From Marsupella aquatica (taxonomy: Eukaryota; Plantae; Marchantiophyta), in NCBI GenBank assembly GCA_973895155.1, contig OZ316892.1:16420357-16484356 (forward strand): 64,000 nt of DNA. Reading direction: 5' to 3'. Each line of letters opens with the position of its first letter. Position 1 is the stretch's first letter. Position numbers and translations under genes: made by a program. The notes beneath the pieces were generated by a model. That model saw nothing but the letters and a program-made list of their open reading frames with translations. It had not been told where the DNA came from and made no database searches. This document shows positions 26,083 through 38,442 of the stretch, in pieces.

Positions 26083-27981
26083 GTTGATGCCAATAGACAG
26101 CAGTATTCTCCCCAGGATGCACGCACTGGATACACTGCGGATGGCAATGGTATTGCTGAACCTCGACCTGAAACCTTTCACTTGGCTCAGCGGCAATGGG
26201 AAGCGGAGCAAAATTCACAGCAGCAATGGGCTGCGCAGCAAACTGCTCTGAATTCAAGACCAACGGATTTTGGAGCTGGCCGGAGCTTGAGCAAAAATTC
26301 TGGGAGGCAGATCGGCACAACGGGTGGAGTTGCTGAAGAGAGGCAACGACAGGGTGCGTCTGGTACTGGGAAGGTAAACATAGATGCGGAGATGCTTGAG
26401 GAGGAAGAACCTGAGGAAACATCATAGGAGTGCATTCGGATCCTTAAAGAAATTGGTGAGCATTCCAAAGATGATTGGCACGAGAAGCTATATACCACGG
26501 TTGAATGGAGCCTGGATGAAGCAGCTAGTAATGCTAGGAAGTTATACAACTGTGCTATTCTATGCTTCTTCACGGACAGAACTCCTTTGCTCCCGGTTTT
26601 TCGAGAGTGGGTTGAGGAAACGATGGTGCAAGAGATGAATTGGCAGGTTCTGCAAGTTAAGTACATAGGAAAGAATTTCTACTTGGTAGTATTTTCATAG
26701 CCTGATCATCGGGATGCAGCGTTGGAGTATGCACCGTGGTTCATGGAACGCAGGTTTGTCTATACCTTTGCGTGGGATCCCTCGTTTGACATCAAGAATG
26801 AATCATACACTAAATTGCCGGTCTGGATTGAGATTCCATACAGAGCATTAGTACTTGAAGGATGCAGGCAGAAGATTGCGGAATCCTTTGGACAGTTGTT
26901 GTATTACATTCAAGGGGATGAGTTCAGCTCCTACCTGCATGATAGGGCCTGCATTCTATGGGACACTGAAAGGGAGATCCCGGCTAGCGCTCGGATTAGA
27001 ATTAGAGATGACATCATAATATGGCAGCCTGTTACATTCAGGAACATCCCGTATCATTGCTTTAAATGGAACCTTAAAGGTCATCTAGCTAGAGACTGTG
27101 TCATGGGAAGCACGGAAGTAGAGAATGAAGCTCCCAGATTATCTAAGAAGACTTTGGACCCGGCGGCTGCCCCTTATTGGGCGGCTGAAGTGGCAACAGA
27201 TCCTCCTTCAGCGGCAGCTGAGGTACGTACTGATGGTCTTCAGCATAAGCCTGGTATGGTCCCAGTTGATACTGGAGTGGAAGCAGACATATTGCAGGTG
27301 GAAAATATTCTGCTGCAGGCTAGTGGTATACAAGGAGGAAATATTGGGGCTGCACCTGTGACTATCAAAGATCAGAATGGTAGTAGGCCGTCTGGGGTTT
27401 TCAGGCTGGGGGTCGGACCCTCCTTTCCTGTGGACCCTGGGGATGCTGGTGTGCAGCTAGACACTTTGGGGCTTGACGAGAGGGGGACAAGGGCCAATGG
27501 TGAAGGAGTTGACGGGGGAAGGAGCCTGGGGGAATCTAGGCCTGACACTTTGCTGCAGTCGGGGACTGTTGGTGCTGATGACTACTCATTTCATGGGGAT
27601 ACTGACATGGAGCTCTCAGAGTACGAAGAATACATATCACGAAGTCAAACTAAACTTAGAGCAAGGAAACAAGAGCTGAGAACCCCCCCAAATCGCAAAT
27701 TGGAAAAAGATAAGATGGAAGGGAAAAAACAACGCTCCTTAAGCTTCTCACATGAGCCGTTGTTGGTTGCAGAGGGAAGTGGACCGGGAGGTGTTGCTGC
27801 TGCCACTGAGGAGGCTGGGGAGATAGCAGAACATACGGGTGGGTCTGCCAAGCGCTTGACTCCACTGGTTGCTTCTTCTCCTGTGGGGACTCGGATCCTG
27901 GGTAACCCGGAACTGGGGGTCACTCCCCCGGCTGAAAGAATTGGCAGGGTGGCCTCACCTGGGGCTCGTCCTCGTATCTAG
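26083..27981 (+). pseudogene. L1 ORF1 (DUF4283/RRM-like + zinc knuckle)
   Basis: APWFMERRFVYTFAWDPSF...LPVWIEIP; HCFKWNLKGHLARDC. Stops at 26425 and 26698. Confidence 0.88.
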
Positions 27982-28030
27982 GTGTGGGGGATCGCTGGAT
28001 CCTCGGGCTTACCTCTGTTGGATAGCCTGA

Positions 28031-31000
28031 ATGGATAGCCCGTGGAAAATCGCCTCTTGGAATGTGTGCGGGCTGTGTGAGCCCAATAGGAAACATGTGA
28101 TCAAAAACTGGGCCGTGGCATTAAGGCCCCCTCTGGATATATTTGCATTACAAGAAGTGAAGTCAGAACAGTTCAGATTGGACATTGCCCTACGTACTAT
28201 TCTACCACTGTATCAACACTTCTCTGCGGCACCGGATGGGGGACGCGGGGGGTCAGCCCTGCTCATACAACCCCTGCTTAAAGTGATTAGATCTGGTGCA
28301 CTTGAGCTTGGGAGAGCGATATGGGTGATTATAGAGCATACTAGTGGTATGATTGGAGTGGTAAGTGTGTATGCCCCCAACTCTGCAAGACAACTGGCTC
28401 TGTTATGGCATGAACTCAAGGTAGAACTGCCACAAGCGAACTGGATTTTGTGCGGTGATGTCAACATGACTGAATCTAGGATGGATTCATCGAGCGGATC
28501 CTCCTTACTGAAGGGACGGGAGGCAGAATTTTGGCGTTTTTTACAAGTGCGATTGGATCTTATTGATGTCTATAACCTGGGCTGCACAGTGATAGGATCA
28601 AGATACACGTGGAGACGTGTCCGGCATGCGAACCTCACCCAGTCTAGACTGGACAGGTTTTACCTTAGTGGTCTTGGAGGTTGGATTGCTGGCACAGTGG
28701 AGCTAACTCATGATGGGGGCTCATCACTGTCGGACCATGATCCCATTGTGGCTGTTTTGCGCTTTCAGAGTGAGGAGAGGGATTCTGAAAGAGGTAAGTC
28801 CCACTTTTTTAAAGCTAACCCTTATGTACTCCGGGATCCGAAGAATATTGAGCAATTGGAGGCTGTCTGGCGGGCGGGGGGGGTGGGCGAGGTGAACCCT
28901 CACTTGCGTTTCTCTCGTGCATGTCAGAGACTACGAAAAAAATATACGGAGTTGCAATCCGCACCGAGACAGTCTAAGGAGGAGTTGAACTTTCTGAGAG
29001 ATAAAGTGAGAATACTTAAGACTACTATTGTAGATGAATGCTCACTGGATGAACTGACAGAGTTTTTGCAATGGGAGGACATGCTTCACGTAGCTGAAGT
29101 CGAGACGGCGCACCAGGCCAGACGGTTAGCCAGAATTCGGTGGCTGGGAGAAGGGGAGGAATCAACTAAATTTTACTTTGCCACAGTCAAGGCTAAAAGA
29201 GAGAGAGAAGCTATGAGGATGCTAGTAAAGGAGGATGGATCGGTACTTACAGATTTCAAGGACATCATTGGGGAAGTAGAGCAGCAATGTGAGGCGCTTT
29301 ACTCTCCTGGGCAACCATCTGAGGAGGAGCTACTAGAAAGCAGGTGCAATAGGGATAAGCTATTGCGGAGTACTAAATCGACATTCACGGCGGCGGAGAT
29401 ACACAGGATAGAGGCACTTCCTACGATCTCCGAGGTGAAAGAGGTGTTGTGGCTTCTCCCGGAGGACAAGGCCCCTGGGACGGATGGGCTCACGGCTGAG
29501 GTTTACAGAGCCTGTTGGGAGTTCATGAAGGATGATATGGTGGCAATGATACAGGATTTCTGGCTCACAGGCGAGTTGGCTGCTGAGATCAAGGATGGCC
29601 TGATAAAGCTAATACCAAAAAAACCTGATAAAAGATACTTGAAGGACTGGCGCCCTCTGACGATGCTTAACACTAGCTACAAAATCCTGGCCAAAGTGAT
29701 CGCTCTACGAATTAAGCACCTGCTATGTAACCTGATCAGTCCTCAGCAGACCGGGTTTATCCCGGGTAGTCATATCTTAGAGAATATTTTGCTTGCTTGG
29801 CTTACAAGTGACTGGGTTCAGAATTGCAGGAAGGGAGCATTATTCCTAAAACTTGACTTTGAGAAAGCATTCGACAGGGTTAACCACGAGTATCTCTGGG
29901 AGTCTATGTTGCTGCTGGGATTTAGTGGTAGGATTGTGAACATAGTTAAAGCCTTGTTCTCTAATGCCAGCTCTCGAGTACTAGTCAATGGCTTTCTTAG
30001 CAAATATTTTTTGATGTGTCGGGGGGTGAGGCAGGGATGTCCTCTCTCCCCTCTTCTATTTGTGATTTCTACCCAACCTCTCATGGATTTCTTGGATGCT
30101 GAGCTTGCGGCTGGTCGACTTGCTGGTATCCAGGTTTCAGATGTGCTTACAGTGTGCTACAGATTGTTTGCTGATGATGTGGGGATGTTCATCTCTGCAA
30201 CAGAGGAAGCGTTTAGGGATGCTACTACGGCTCTGTCATGTTATGAAAGTGCATCTGGTGCTAGGCTGAACTTACGAAAATCTGTTATCATCCCACTTGC
30301 TTTGGACCTAATTCCAGACTGGCTCAAGGCTACAGGCTGCAAGATTAGTGAGCAAGGTGAAGTGCAGAAGTATCTGGGTGCTCCATTTGGTATTGGACTC
30401 TCAGTGGGTAATTTACATCGCTTCTGCCTGGATAAGGTTGCTGCACGCTTGTCCTCTTGGTCAAATAAATTGCTGTCCTTCACAGGTCGGACGTTGCTGG
30501 TGAAACATGTGCTCATGGCAATACCGATATATCACGTAATGTATATGAAGGCCTCGGAGGGGCTGGCAAAGAAACTGATTGCGCTGTGCAGGGATTTTCT
30601 ATGGGGTTATAATCCTGAGGGCGGGAAGAAGATTCCGCTGGTGGCATGGGACAAGATGGCTCGCCCTAAGGTGGATGGCGGACTGGGGTTTTGTGACTTT
30701 AGAAGTCACTCTGATGCGTTACTTACTCAGTGGTTTATGAAGGCCTTGGACTATCCCAACACGGAATGGGCTGGCATGCTTGCTGCTAATCTGAGTCTTA
30801 TTGGATGGCTGAATTTCAGGGTGATTACGCGAAATCACTACACATTTGCAGATAAGCTGCTTTTATGTACTCCAAGATCTTGCTGCGGGCTGACATACAC
30901 TTGGGGAATGTGGAAGCCCTGGGAGGCTTTGAGAGCAAATCTTTCCTTTGTCCCAGGGACTGCGGGCTTTCCTGGGAGATGGAGTATACAAGACGCATTA

Positions 31001-31951
31001 CGCTGTACATAGGGCTTTAATACTTGGCCTTCGGCACACACAGAGTTCACTGTGGAAATCTGTGGGAGGCTTGGGATACGGGTGATTGCCGACTGCTGGA
31101 ATGTTGAGGCGCACCAATGGAAGGACTTTTCTGGCAGATGGTGTTTGCTTCGAGGGTGGGCGCTGGCTCATAGGGACAGATGCCATCAGTTTCTACTTGT
31201 GATTGGCAGGGGGCGTTGCTGCAATGGTGGGCTGGTGCCGGGTGCTCGTTGTTGGCGTTGGCTTGAGATGGGGGTTCCACTGAAGAGGTTCACAATTCCT
31301 AACAAACACGTGTACCAACTTCTAAGACCTAAGGGCTCGGACTACCAAAGATGGAATAGAATTTGGCTCACCAACTGGACGGAGGAGGTATGGGGTAAGA
31401 GATGGCGTGCTCTGTGGGGTTCGGACCTGTCCACTAGAGGAAAAACCTTTCTATGGCGAATCATTGCCGGTGGCCTGTTTACGGGAGCAAGGGCCCTTAC
31501 TATTGGTGCAAGTGATGGTATTTGTCGGCTATGCCCTAGGAGGCTTGAAAGTATTCCTCATCTGTTCGTCCAATGTGTGCATGCTACTGAGTGCTGGAGA
31601 CTATGCTACGACTGCTGCCTGGGAGTTATGTTTGCACCTGGGCAGGATCTTATGGACAAGGTGGTGGCCTCATTTGGTCGCAGTCCATTGAGGGTGGCTC
31701 GTCTATTCCTACTGTTTCAAATTGTGTGGATGATTTGGCTGGGACGTAACACATAGATGTTCAAGGAACTTGGGCGCAGATCCTTTGATGTAAGATTGGT
31801 TCTTTCTGAGATGGTTTTGCACCTGCATGGGGCCTCTCTACGCTTCCCATCAAGCAGTAAACACATTCGGCTTCTTAGGGCTAAAGAATTAATTGAAATG
31901 GAACGGAGGCGCTGGTTGGTGCGTAGAGATGGACATGTGACTTCGGGCTGA
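28031..31951 (+). pseudogene. L1 ORF2 (APE endonuclease, reverse transcriptase, C-terminal CCHC)
   Basis: IASWNVCGL, LQEVK, SRLDRFY, LSDHDPI; KAPGTDG, WRPLTMLN, KLDFEKAFDRV, GVRQGCPLSP, LFADD; CRLC...ESIPHLFVQC. 993 codons open, then TAG stops at 31010 and 31754. Confidence 0.95.
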
Positions 31952-32460
31952 TGATGCTTAGAGTAGGTTAGGCTCTTTGATTGGTGATGTGGCTCTGGTG
32001 GGCATGGGCTGGGCTCACCTGTGCGGCTTTGTTTTTTGCTTTTGGGGCTTGCCCTTGTGTTATGGCTGCAAGCCTTTAGGTTGCTCATGGATCTGGCTCT
32101 CGCTGTCGTTGACTGGTTGGCTGGGGTTGGGCTCTTTACCGGGGCCGTATATGATGTCTGGGTGTGCCCTGTTTTAGGGGTGCCCTGCTGGCCTCCTGCG
32201 GGAGTTGTCCTTTTGTGCATGCTTGTGCTGTTTGCTTCCCCCGCCGTGGGGTTTTCACGGGTTATTTCTATAAAAGTTAGAAAAAAATTCCAAGGAAAGC
32301 CTTTCCCACATTTCCCTCAATGTGCATGGGGTCTAACAGATGGCGGATCTTCAACTCACCCCAATAGGGAAAAGTGGTTAATATACTCCACCTTGTCAAG
32401 CCACTACCCTCAAATTGCATGGGATCCTCTAGGTCTGCCACTCTTGCAACCATGTCTTTC

Positions 32461-32810
32461 GAGGTGTTTACAAAAGACAGCAAACAGGAAACAAGATTTA
32501 ATAACAGAAACTGGTAACAAGAAAAAAACTGGTAACAAGAAAATGGGTGGAATTTTTTTGTGAATTTTTTTTGAAATTATTATTTTTCGGTCGACCAGTT
32601 TTTTTTGCTAGCGCACGGCGCTGCTAATAGTAGCGCCCAAAGCTAGCCAAAAATGTTGCATTGTTAATTTTTTTGGGAAATAACATGTTTTAGGAGATAT
32701 TTTTAAATTGTCATTTTTTCTGGTAACAGTGATTTTTTCCTGGTAACAGCATATTAAAAATAGGAAAAAAAATTCCTGTTTACCTGTTTCCTGTCTCCGT
32801 CGCTATACCC
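32461..32810. mobile_element. 350-bp non-autonomous miniature element of the MULE family
   Basis: 8-bp TSD TGTCTTTC at 32453-32460 and 32811-32818, inside CACTA coding sequence. G-initiated ends with inverted ACAGGAAAC-type repeats. Central palindromes at 32609 and 32631. Confidence 0.85.
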
Positions 32811-35665
32811 TGTCTTTCCAGTGTGTAAAAGTTGTTGGCTCAAGTACATCACACTCGTCACCAAAGGGCATTTTAATAGAGGAAAATAGTAGTGGGTCAC
32901 GCCTCATCTGATGTCCCATTGGAAGAAACTTTGTATGCCCAAGATAAACAATCTTGTGAAGATGTGTTGAATACTTGGCTATATCACCAAGGCTTGGGCC
33001 ACAAGTGTCCGAGCAAGCCTTGTAGCCTTGGGTTTGCAACCCACTCACAAAGCCAAATCCTGGTCATATAAACACACATTATGTTAGGATTAGCACATGG
33101 AAATGAGGGGATACCATGCATTAGAATATGATGCATTTAAACAACAAAGTAGTCTAGTTTCATAGTTCTTACCTGGGTAGTCATGCATGGTCCACATACT
33201 AATCCCTTCCGTTTAAAAACCCATGATAAGAAAAACCATCTAAGAAAAACCTACTCTAATGTGTAATATGTCCTAGTCTTTGAAAGGTTTATAGTTAGGA
33301 ATGAAAATGTAACCTCATTAAAACCCCCTCTCCTTTCTTGTAGGGGGAAAGAGTGTTACCATTTTCTCCAAGCTATATGTTAATGTAAAGTTATTGTAGT
33401 CTGCTAAAAAAAATTAAGTGGGTTGTCTTATAGACTTTGTACCCGTATCGTTTGGTCAGTAGCCTTATACAGTAAGGTTCTACTATAATTTGCGTGTAAG
33501 TCCTCTACGTGCTACAAGTCCAAAGTTAGTCGTAGTTTGCGTTTAGGGCAGTGGAACTATGCTTAAGTCGATTCCTCTGATCCAAAGTCGATGTTTGATG
33601 GGTGCGCAATGTCTGGTGTGCGTTGCTGTCGTGTTCTTGATTCTCTGGTCAATTCTCTTTTGCGCGATTTGAATGTCGGGAAGCGGATGTGGCGAACTAT
33701 AGCTAGTGAGATTTGTTCCGGTAGATGCGCATTTTCTTTCAATCGTGTGTTGCTAGCTTCCCAAGAAGGTCCTCCTCTTCTTGTGCATGGTGGGTACTAT
33801 GTACTGTCTTGGGATGAGTGACTGAGTGCTCCCCCTAATGTTGTCAATTCTTCGAATTAGTTTGGCTTTGGTATCTGTCTTCTCAAATGAGTCAGCAGCA
33901 TCGATCCGTGGAGTAGTTGGTGGTGAGCTGTATCGCATTTCTCCCTCTGTTGTCAAAGGTAAAATTTTGTAAAGAATGCTATTCTTGAGGTTTGAATGGC
34001 TGTTTGTTTGAGGGTTTGGATCTCTCCCTGATTGTCATAAGCATGTCTGCTGTGATCTTTGTTCAAGATCTGTTCGAGTTGATCTGGTCCAAGCTTCGCG
34101 GTGTAGCCTGCAGATTGGGTCTCCCCCTGAGCAAAAAACAAGCGCTTCCACCGTAAGTATAATTGTGTTTAATTTTGTAGTTCAGTTAAGGTCCGTAGAC
34201 CTACTGAGATTGCATGCTGTTTATGCAATGCAGTAGGTAGGGATTTTGTAAACATCACGTTCGAACCGTCGGGAAATTCCCATTCGAACCGTCGGTGAAC
34301 CGTTCAATGGAGTACTCCTCTCCAAATCAAATTCCACCGCATTAGCTAGTAGCAAATTAGAAGCCTCTTTGAACAATCGAGGGGATCCAGCCAGGTCTAC
34401 TGAACGGAAAGCTAGTTCAAATACCGTAGGACCTGTTCCTCTATGTAACCCATCCCAATAGGCAGTATAAGCAGCAATTTGAGAGATTGCACGATTGTGG
34501 TCAATTTTACAACCCTCGAATAATCCGACAGTTTTCTTCCCTTGCCAAGCTTTCATGATACCATGAACTGCCTCAAATCCAGTGCAATTAGGAATCATCC
34601 CTCCTTGTGCACTTTTGCTCTGCAGGACGGCCAGAGTTCGTCAAATCTCAAAATCTACATTTGGAAGTTATGTTGATATTCTTCAACAATATGTATGAAT
34701 TAAAGGTAGCGCCAGGCGCTGACCAAAACGCTGAGATAATCAAGAAAAAGAAGGTGTTAATAATAGCGCAAGGCACTAGTATGGAAGTGTCTATTCAGTA
34801 AGTGAAAAAATGGTGATACTTACAAGTCGAATAAAATTTCCCCACTGCCGCCATCTTACAACCCACCAAGAGATCCATCCCTACAGCATCCAAAGCTTCC
34901 CGGGAATGCAATTGCCAGATCTCCACCACAAATCAATTTCTCGGGAAATCTTGTAAGCTTTGACAAACGTTGATGCATTTCTAAGCTTATCCTAGAGCAG
35001 GCGATGCTCAGAACGTTTGTCTTTGAGCACTCCTTTGATAGAATGGCGGTGCAAAGATTGGTAAAAATGAAAAGCATCCGATCTCTCTTTCTCCGGATTT
35101 GGATGGCCCCCAAAGAAAATGTTTCTGACCGCACGCCACCCCGACTGAGCATTATCAGCCATGAATCCATGAATTTGAACATCATCTACCCCATTTTCTA
35201 AAGCGACCTCGATCATTAATCTCCATGCTTTCTCGAGAGATTCAGTGTCCTCCGCTTTCAGCTCACACGTAAATATTGTAGATAAAGCTCGATAGTTATG
35301 GTCATAAACATGGGCGCTAAAAGTACTCCAATCTTTCGACATTCGTTTCATGACATCAAAACTCACCCACGCACCTTCGAGGGGTCCACTTTTTCATCTG
35401 TCGCAACAAATCTACTCCGGATCCATGCCCTTTGATCGTCATTTTGAAAATATGAGCTCGGTCCTCCTTAGAGCCTTGCCCTGGAAGTAGATACCTTTGA
35501 ACAAAAGGGAACCTGACATTCTTCTGCATCCGAACCAGATATTTGAGGTCTCCTCGCCCGACCTGATCTTTCCAGACACTCTTAAACAAGGCAAAGAACT
35601 TATGTGGAGTTGAAACAAGCATAAGTGATTGCCAAATCTCACTCTCTTCCATCTTCGAGATGTCA

Positions 35666-38442
35666 TGTGATGCCTAGCCAGGAATCACTAGGCCAGTTAA
35701 GTGGGGAAAACGGAGGTGTACCCTAGAAACACATTAGTATAGTAACAAAAACAAGGAAAATATAAACAATTAAGGGTGACTATGGAACCCAGGCCGAGGC
35801 CGGAAGTAAGGACGCTGGGGGAGAGAACACGATTAGGGTTAGGGTGCGCTAAGCGTCGGCGGCTAGGGGTAACCAACGGGAGGAAAGACCAGAGGAGGAG
35901 AGGGGTAAGGACCGCTGTCATGAGGTTTCCATCCTAAAGGAGGAATCCTCATGTTTTGTGAAGGAAGTTGAAACCAATTTTTGCTTCTAACTTGGGCAAG
36001 TTGACTTGACTTGAGCTAACTTGACCAATGTGAAGGAGGAAGTAGAGTTATGAGGGTCAAGGTAGGGATGAGGTCGAGCCTACCCACCCTTGTTACTATT
36101 GTGGGGTATGTTTTTCATTTGTGACCAGCGATTAAGTTATCATTTGGCGGATTGGCGGAATGGAGGTTGCTTGCTCAACAAGCAAGGTATCTAGGGTTTT
36201 GGCGACATGGTGACCAGGTTCATTGAATACATGGAGGAGGTGACCAGGTTCAAGGCATGTAAGAGGGTTTGGTCCAAGTGCATCAGTTTTGTGAGATATG
36301 GGCCAGATTCCTAGTTTTGTGAAATAAGAACTAGATTCATTGAACCTACATCAACGGTGGATCTTGGTTGAGTCAATGGATGAATGGATAGGATTGAGGA
36401 TGAGGACGTGCCTTAGGGTTTGGAGGAGGTCGAGGTTTTTTCGAAAGTGCGAAGCCTCATTTGGTTACAAAGTTACAAAGGATGGTATTTTGGCTCATTT
36501 TTGACCCTTAGATCTTTTTGATGGATGATCAAGGGCTGAAAATTGCCGAGGACTTAAACCATAAGTGGAGGGCTTGTGCCTTGCCCCAGGCCTTCCCACG
36601 AGAGTACTAAAGAGGAGAGTTCGAAGGGTGGGCTCTCTCTCACACCGTGATGCTGCTAAAGTGCTGTCGCTTTTGGCAGTTTTTGAGTCTTTGAGTAAGT
36701 TTTGAATAGGTAGGAGCGAACCTCTTGAGGGGAGCTCAAGCATGAGGCATGAGTGAAGGGGGAGCCCTCCTCCTTGGCCATGGCCTTAGGATTTTGAGGG
36801 TAGGAGATGTAGAGGCAATTTTGTGAAGAGATAGATGGAGTAGAAGCTTTGAATGTGAAGAGATTGAGTTTTGTGACGGTTTTTCTAAGGATTTGGAGAG
36901 AGGTTTCGAATGTAGGAGAGGCTGACTCGAAGCCTTAGGAAGGAGGTAGGATGTGAGTAGGAAGTATAAGGAGCTTGCATGAGAGATTGCCCACAAGATG
37001 GCATACTCGAATGTAGGTTTGTTGCTTCAAGTTTTGAGGAGAATGGACTTGTAGGAGATTTTCGAAAGCTTAGAGGAGATGTGACCTAATCTTGTTGAAG
37101 CTTGGGAGTCTTGCATTAGAGATGGCTCACTAAGAAGGCCTACTCTCTTGTAAACTCCTTGACTTGAAGCTTCGAAAGTAGATTTGGTTGAAAGAAGGAA
37201 GTATGAGAGAAGGAGACTAGGGTTTTGAAGCTTGGATAGGCTATGGAGGGATTTTGAATGCTTGGTTGATGATTAGACTTGGTGATGATTCATTTTTGCT
37301 AGGAGGGTCTTGCTTGTGACCCATGTTTTTACTTGGAGGCCATGATGCTACATGTGCCTTCTTGCTATGCATTTAGAGGAGAGGTATCCTCGTTTTTGAG
37401 ATGTGTGTTGATGCCTTGCTTTGGCTATGAGTGATGGAATGGTTAGAATGAATGTCTTCATGCCATTTTCGAATGTTGTTGTGAGCTTGAAGGTGTTTTT
37501 GAAAGTAGATGGGTTGAATGAAGGTACTTTCGAAAGTAGTTATTATGCATGAGGGAAGTTGCAAGAGTAAAGAGTGAAGGCATTTTCCATTGATGGAATG
37601 GGTTGTTTGTGGATTATACTTGGTGGTTCTACTAGAGGAAGGGACTAAGGTCAATTCCATGTTTGTTAAGGAGTTTGTTGACCAACCCTAGGTCACTTTT
37701 CGAAAGTAGTTTCCCATGTTTTGAAAGTTGGATGTTTGAATGGTGCATAGAGCTGCCTTGCATACCTTTGGATGTCCCACTTGTCTTAGCCACAACCAAG
37801 AGTGACCCTTAACTTGACCACATTGATGTATGCTTGAACTTGTGTACCTTAGAGGGTTGCAAGGGATTGTGTGCAATCAAGTGTTGGAAAAGGAATGGTG
37901 ACCAATTGAATGTTGGGCTTAGACTTGTGAGGATTACATTGGGAAGCTTGAACTAGTTATTTTGATTGTGATTGGATATGAGTATGTAAATGGCTTGAGT
38001 TTCGAAAGCATGCTTGCTTGCTTGTGATGATGTGGATGAAAGGTTAGGGTAGATACTTTGTCTTGTTTGCAACCGTTTCCTATCTCAAGCAGCCATACAC
38101 CCTGCGTGTCCCTTGAGGCCCTTTCCCACCTCTTTGCTTATCCTCAGGACAGCGGCTTAACCAAGCCAATTGGGGATCATTCTGGCGGCGGAATCCAAAT
38201 ATACCTAAAGAACAGGAGGGGAAGACAAGGGAAGGCCTAGATTAGGCCGGCTACGTATCTCATGACCCGATGAAGGATCTGTCCAGTATATGTGTGTAAA
38301 ATATTAATAGTAGTAGTAGAAGGAGGTTAGTAGCGTCCCATGCCGCTAAGCCACGAAAATGGCCTCGCCGAGGACAAAACCTGTGGGAATCGGCTTGCAC
38401 AAGGGGTTTTCTTGGGTTTGGGGAGCCATGGGACGCACCACA
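35666..38442 (+). mobile_element. Family A element with its interior replaced by another solo LTR
   Basis: TGTGATGC...GCACCACA termini. Perfect TSD TGTCA at 35661-35665 and 38443-38447. Only ~250 bp (5') and ~290 bp (3') of family A sequence remain. Confidence 0.92.
35916..38151. mobile_element. 2.2-kb solo LTR-like sequence with non-matching flanks
   Basis: TGTCATGAGG...CCTCAGGACA (9/10 inverted match). Flanks ACCGC and GCGGC. No coding motifs. Confidence 0.75.

Larger units (their letters stand above)
26083..32294 (+). mobile_element. L1-clade LINE, 5'-truncated within ORF1
   Basis: 13-bp TSD GAAAGCCTTTCCC at 26070-26082 and 32295-32307. A-rich tail ~32270-32287. ORF1 and ORF2 present. 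Confidence 0.92.
15500..33205 (-). pseudogene. Second CACTA transposase gene, split into ~32811-33205, 32295-32460, 25533-26082 and ~15500-16325 by mini-MULE, LINE and Copia insertions
   Basis: Minus-strand peptides WTMHDYPG, SGLQTQGYKAC...KIVYLGHTKFLP, HLLDPMHIEGNVGKAF, LKTHDYHRLLQHILP, HGPLRMVTTRTAMW and IFKCKWFKVNL, in the same order as 3859-6172. Confidence 0.9.

Noticed and set aside
28031-31012. Intact, active L1 ORF2
   Set aside because: Stops precede the C-terminal zinc finger, and ORF1 is truncated and interrupted.
32021-32563. Hydrophobic ORF as a membrane or envelope protein
   Set aside because: Read-through of the GT-rich L1 3' UTR, CACTA antisense and the miniature element.
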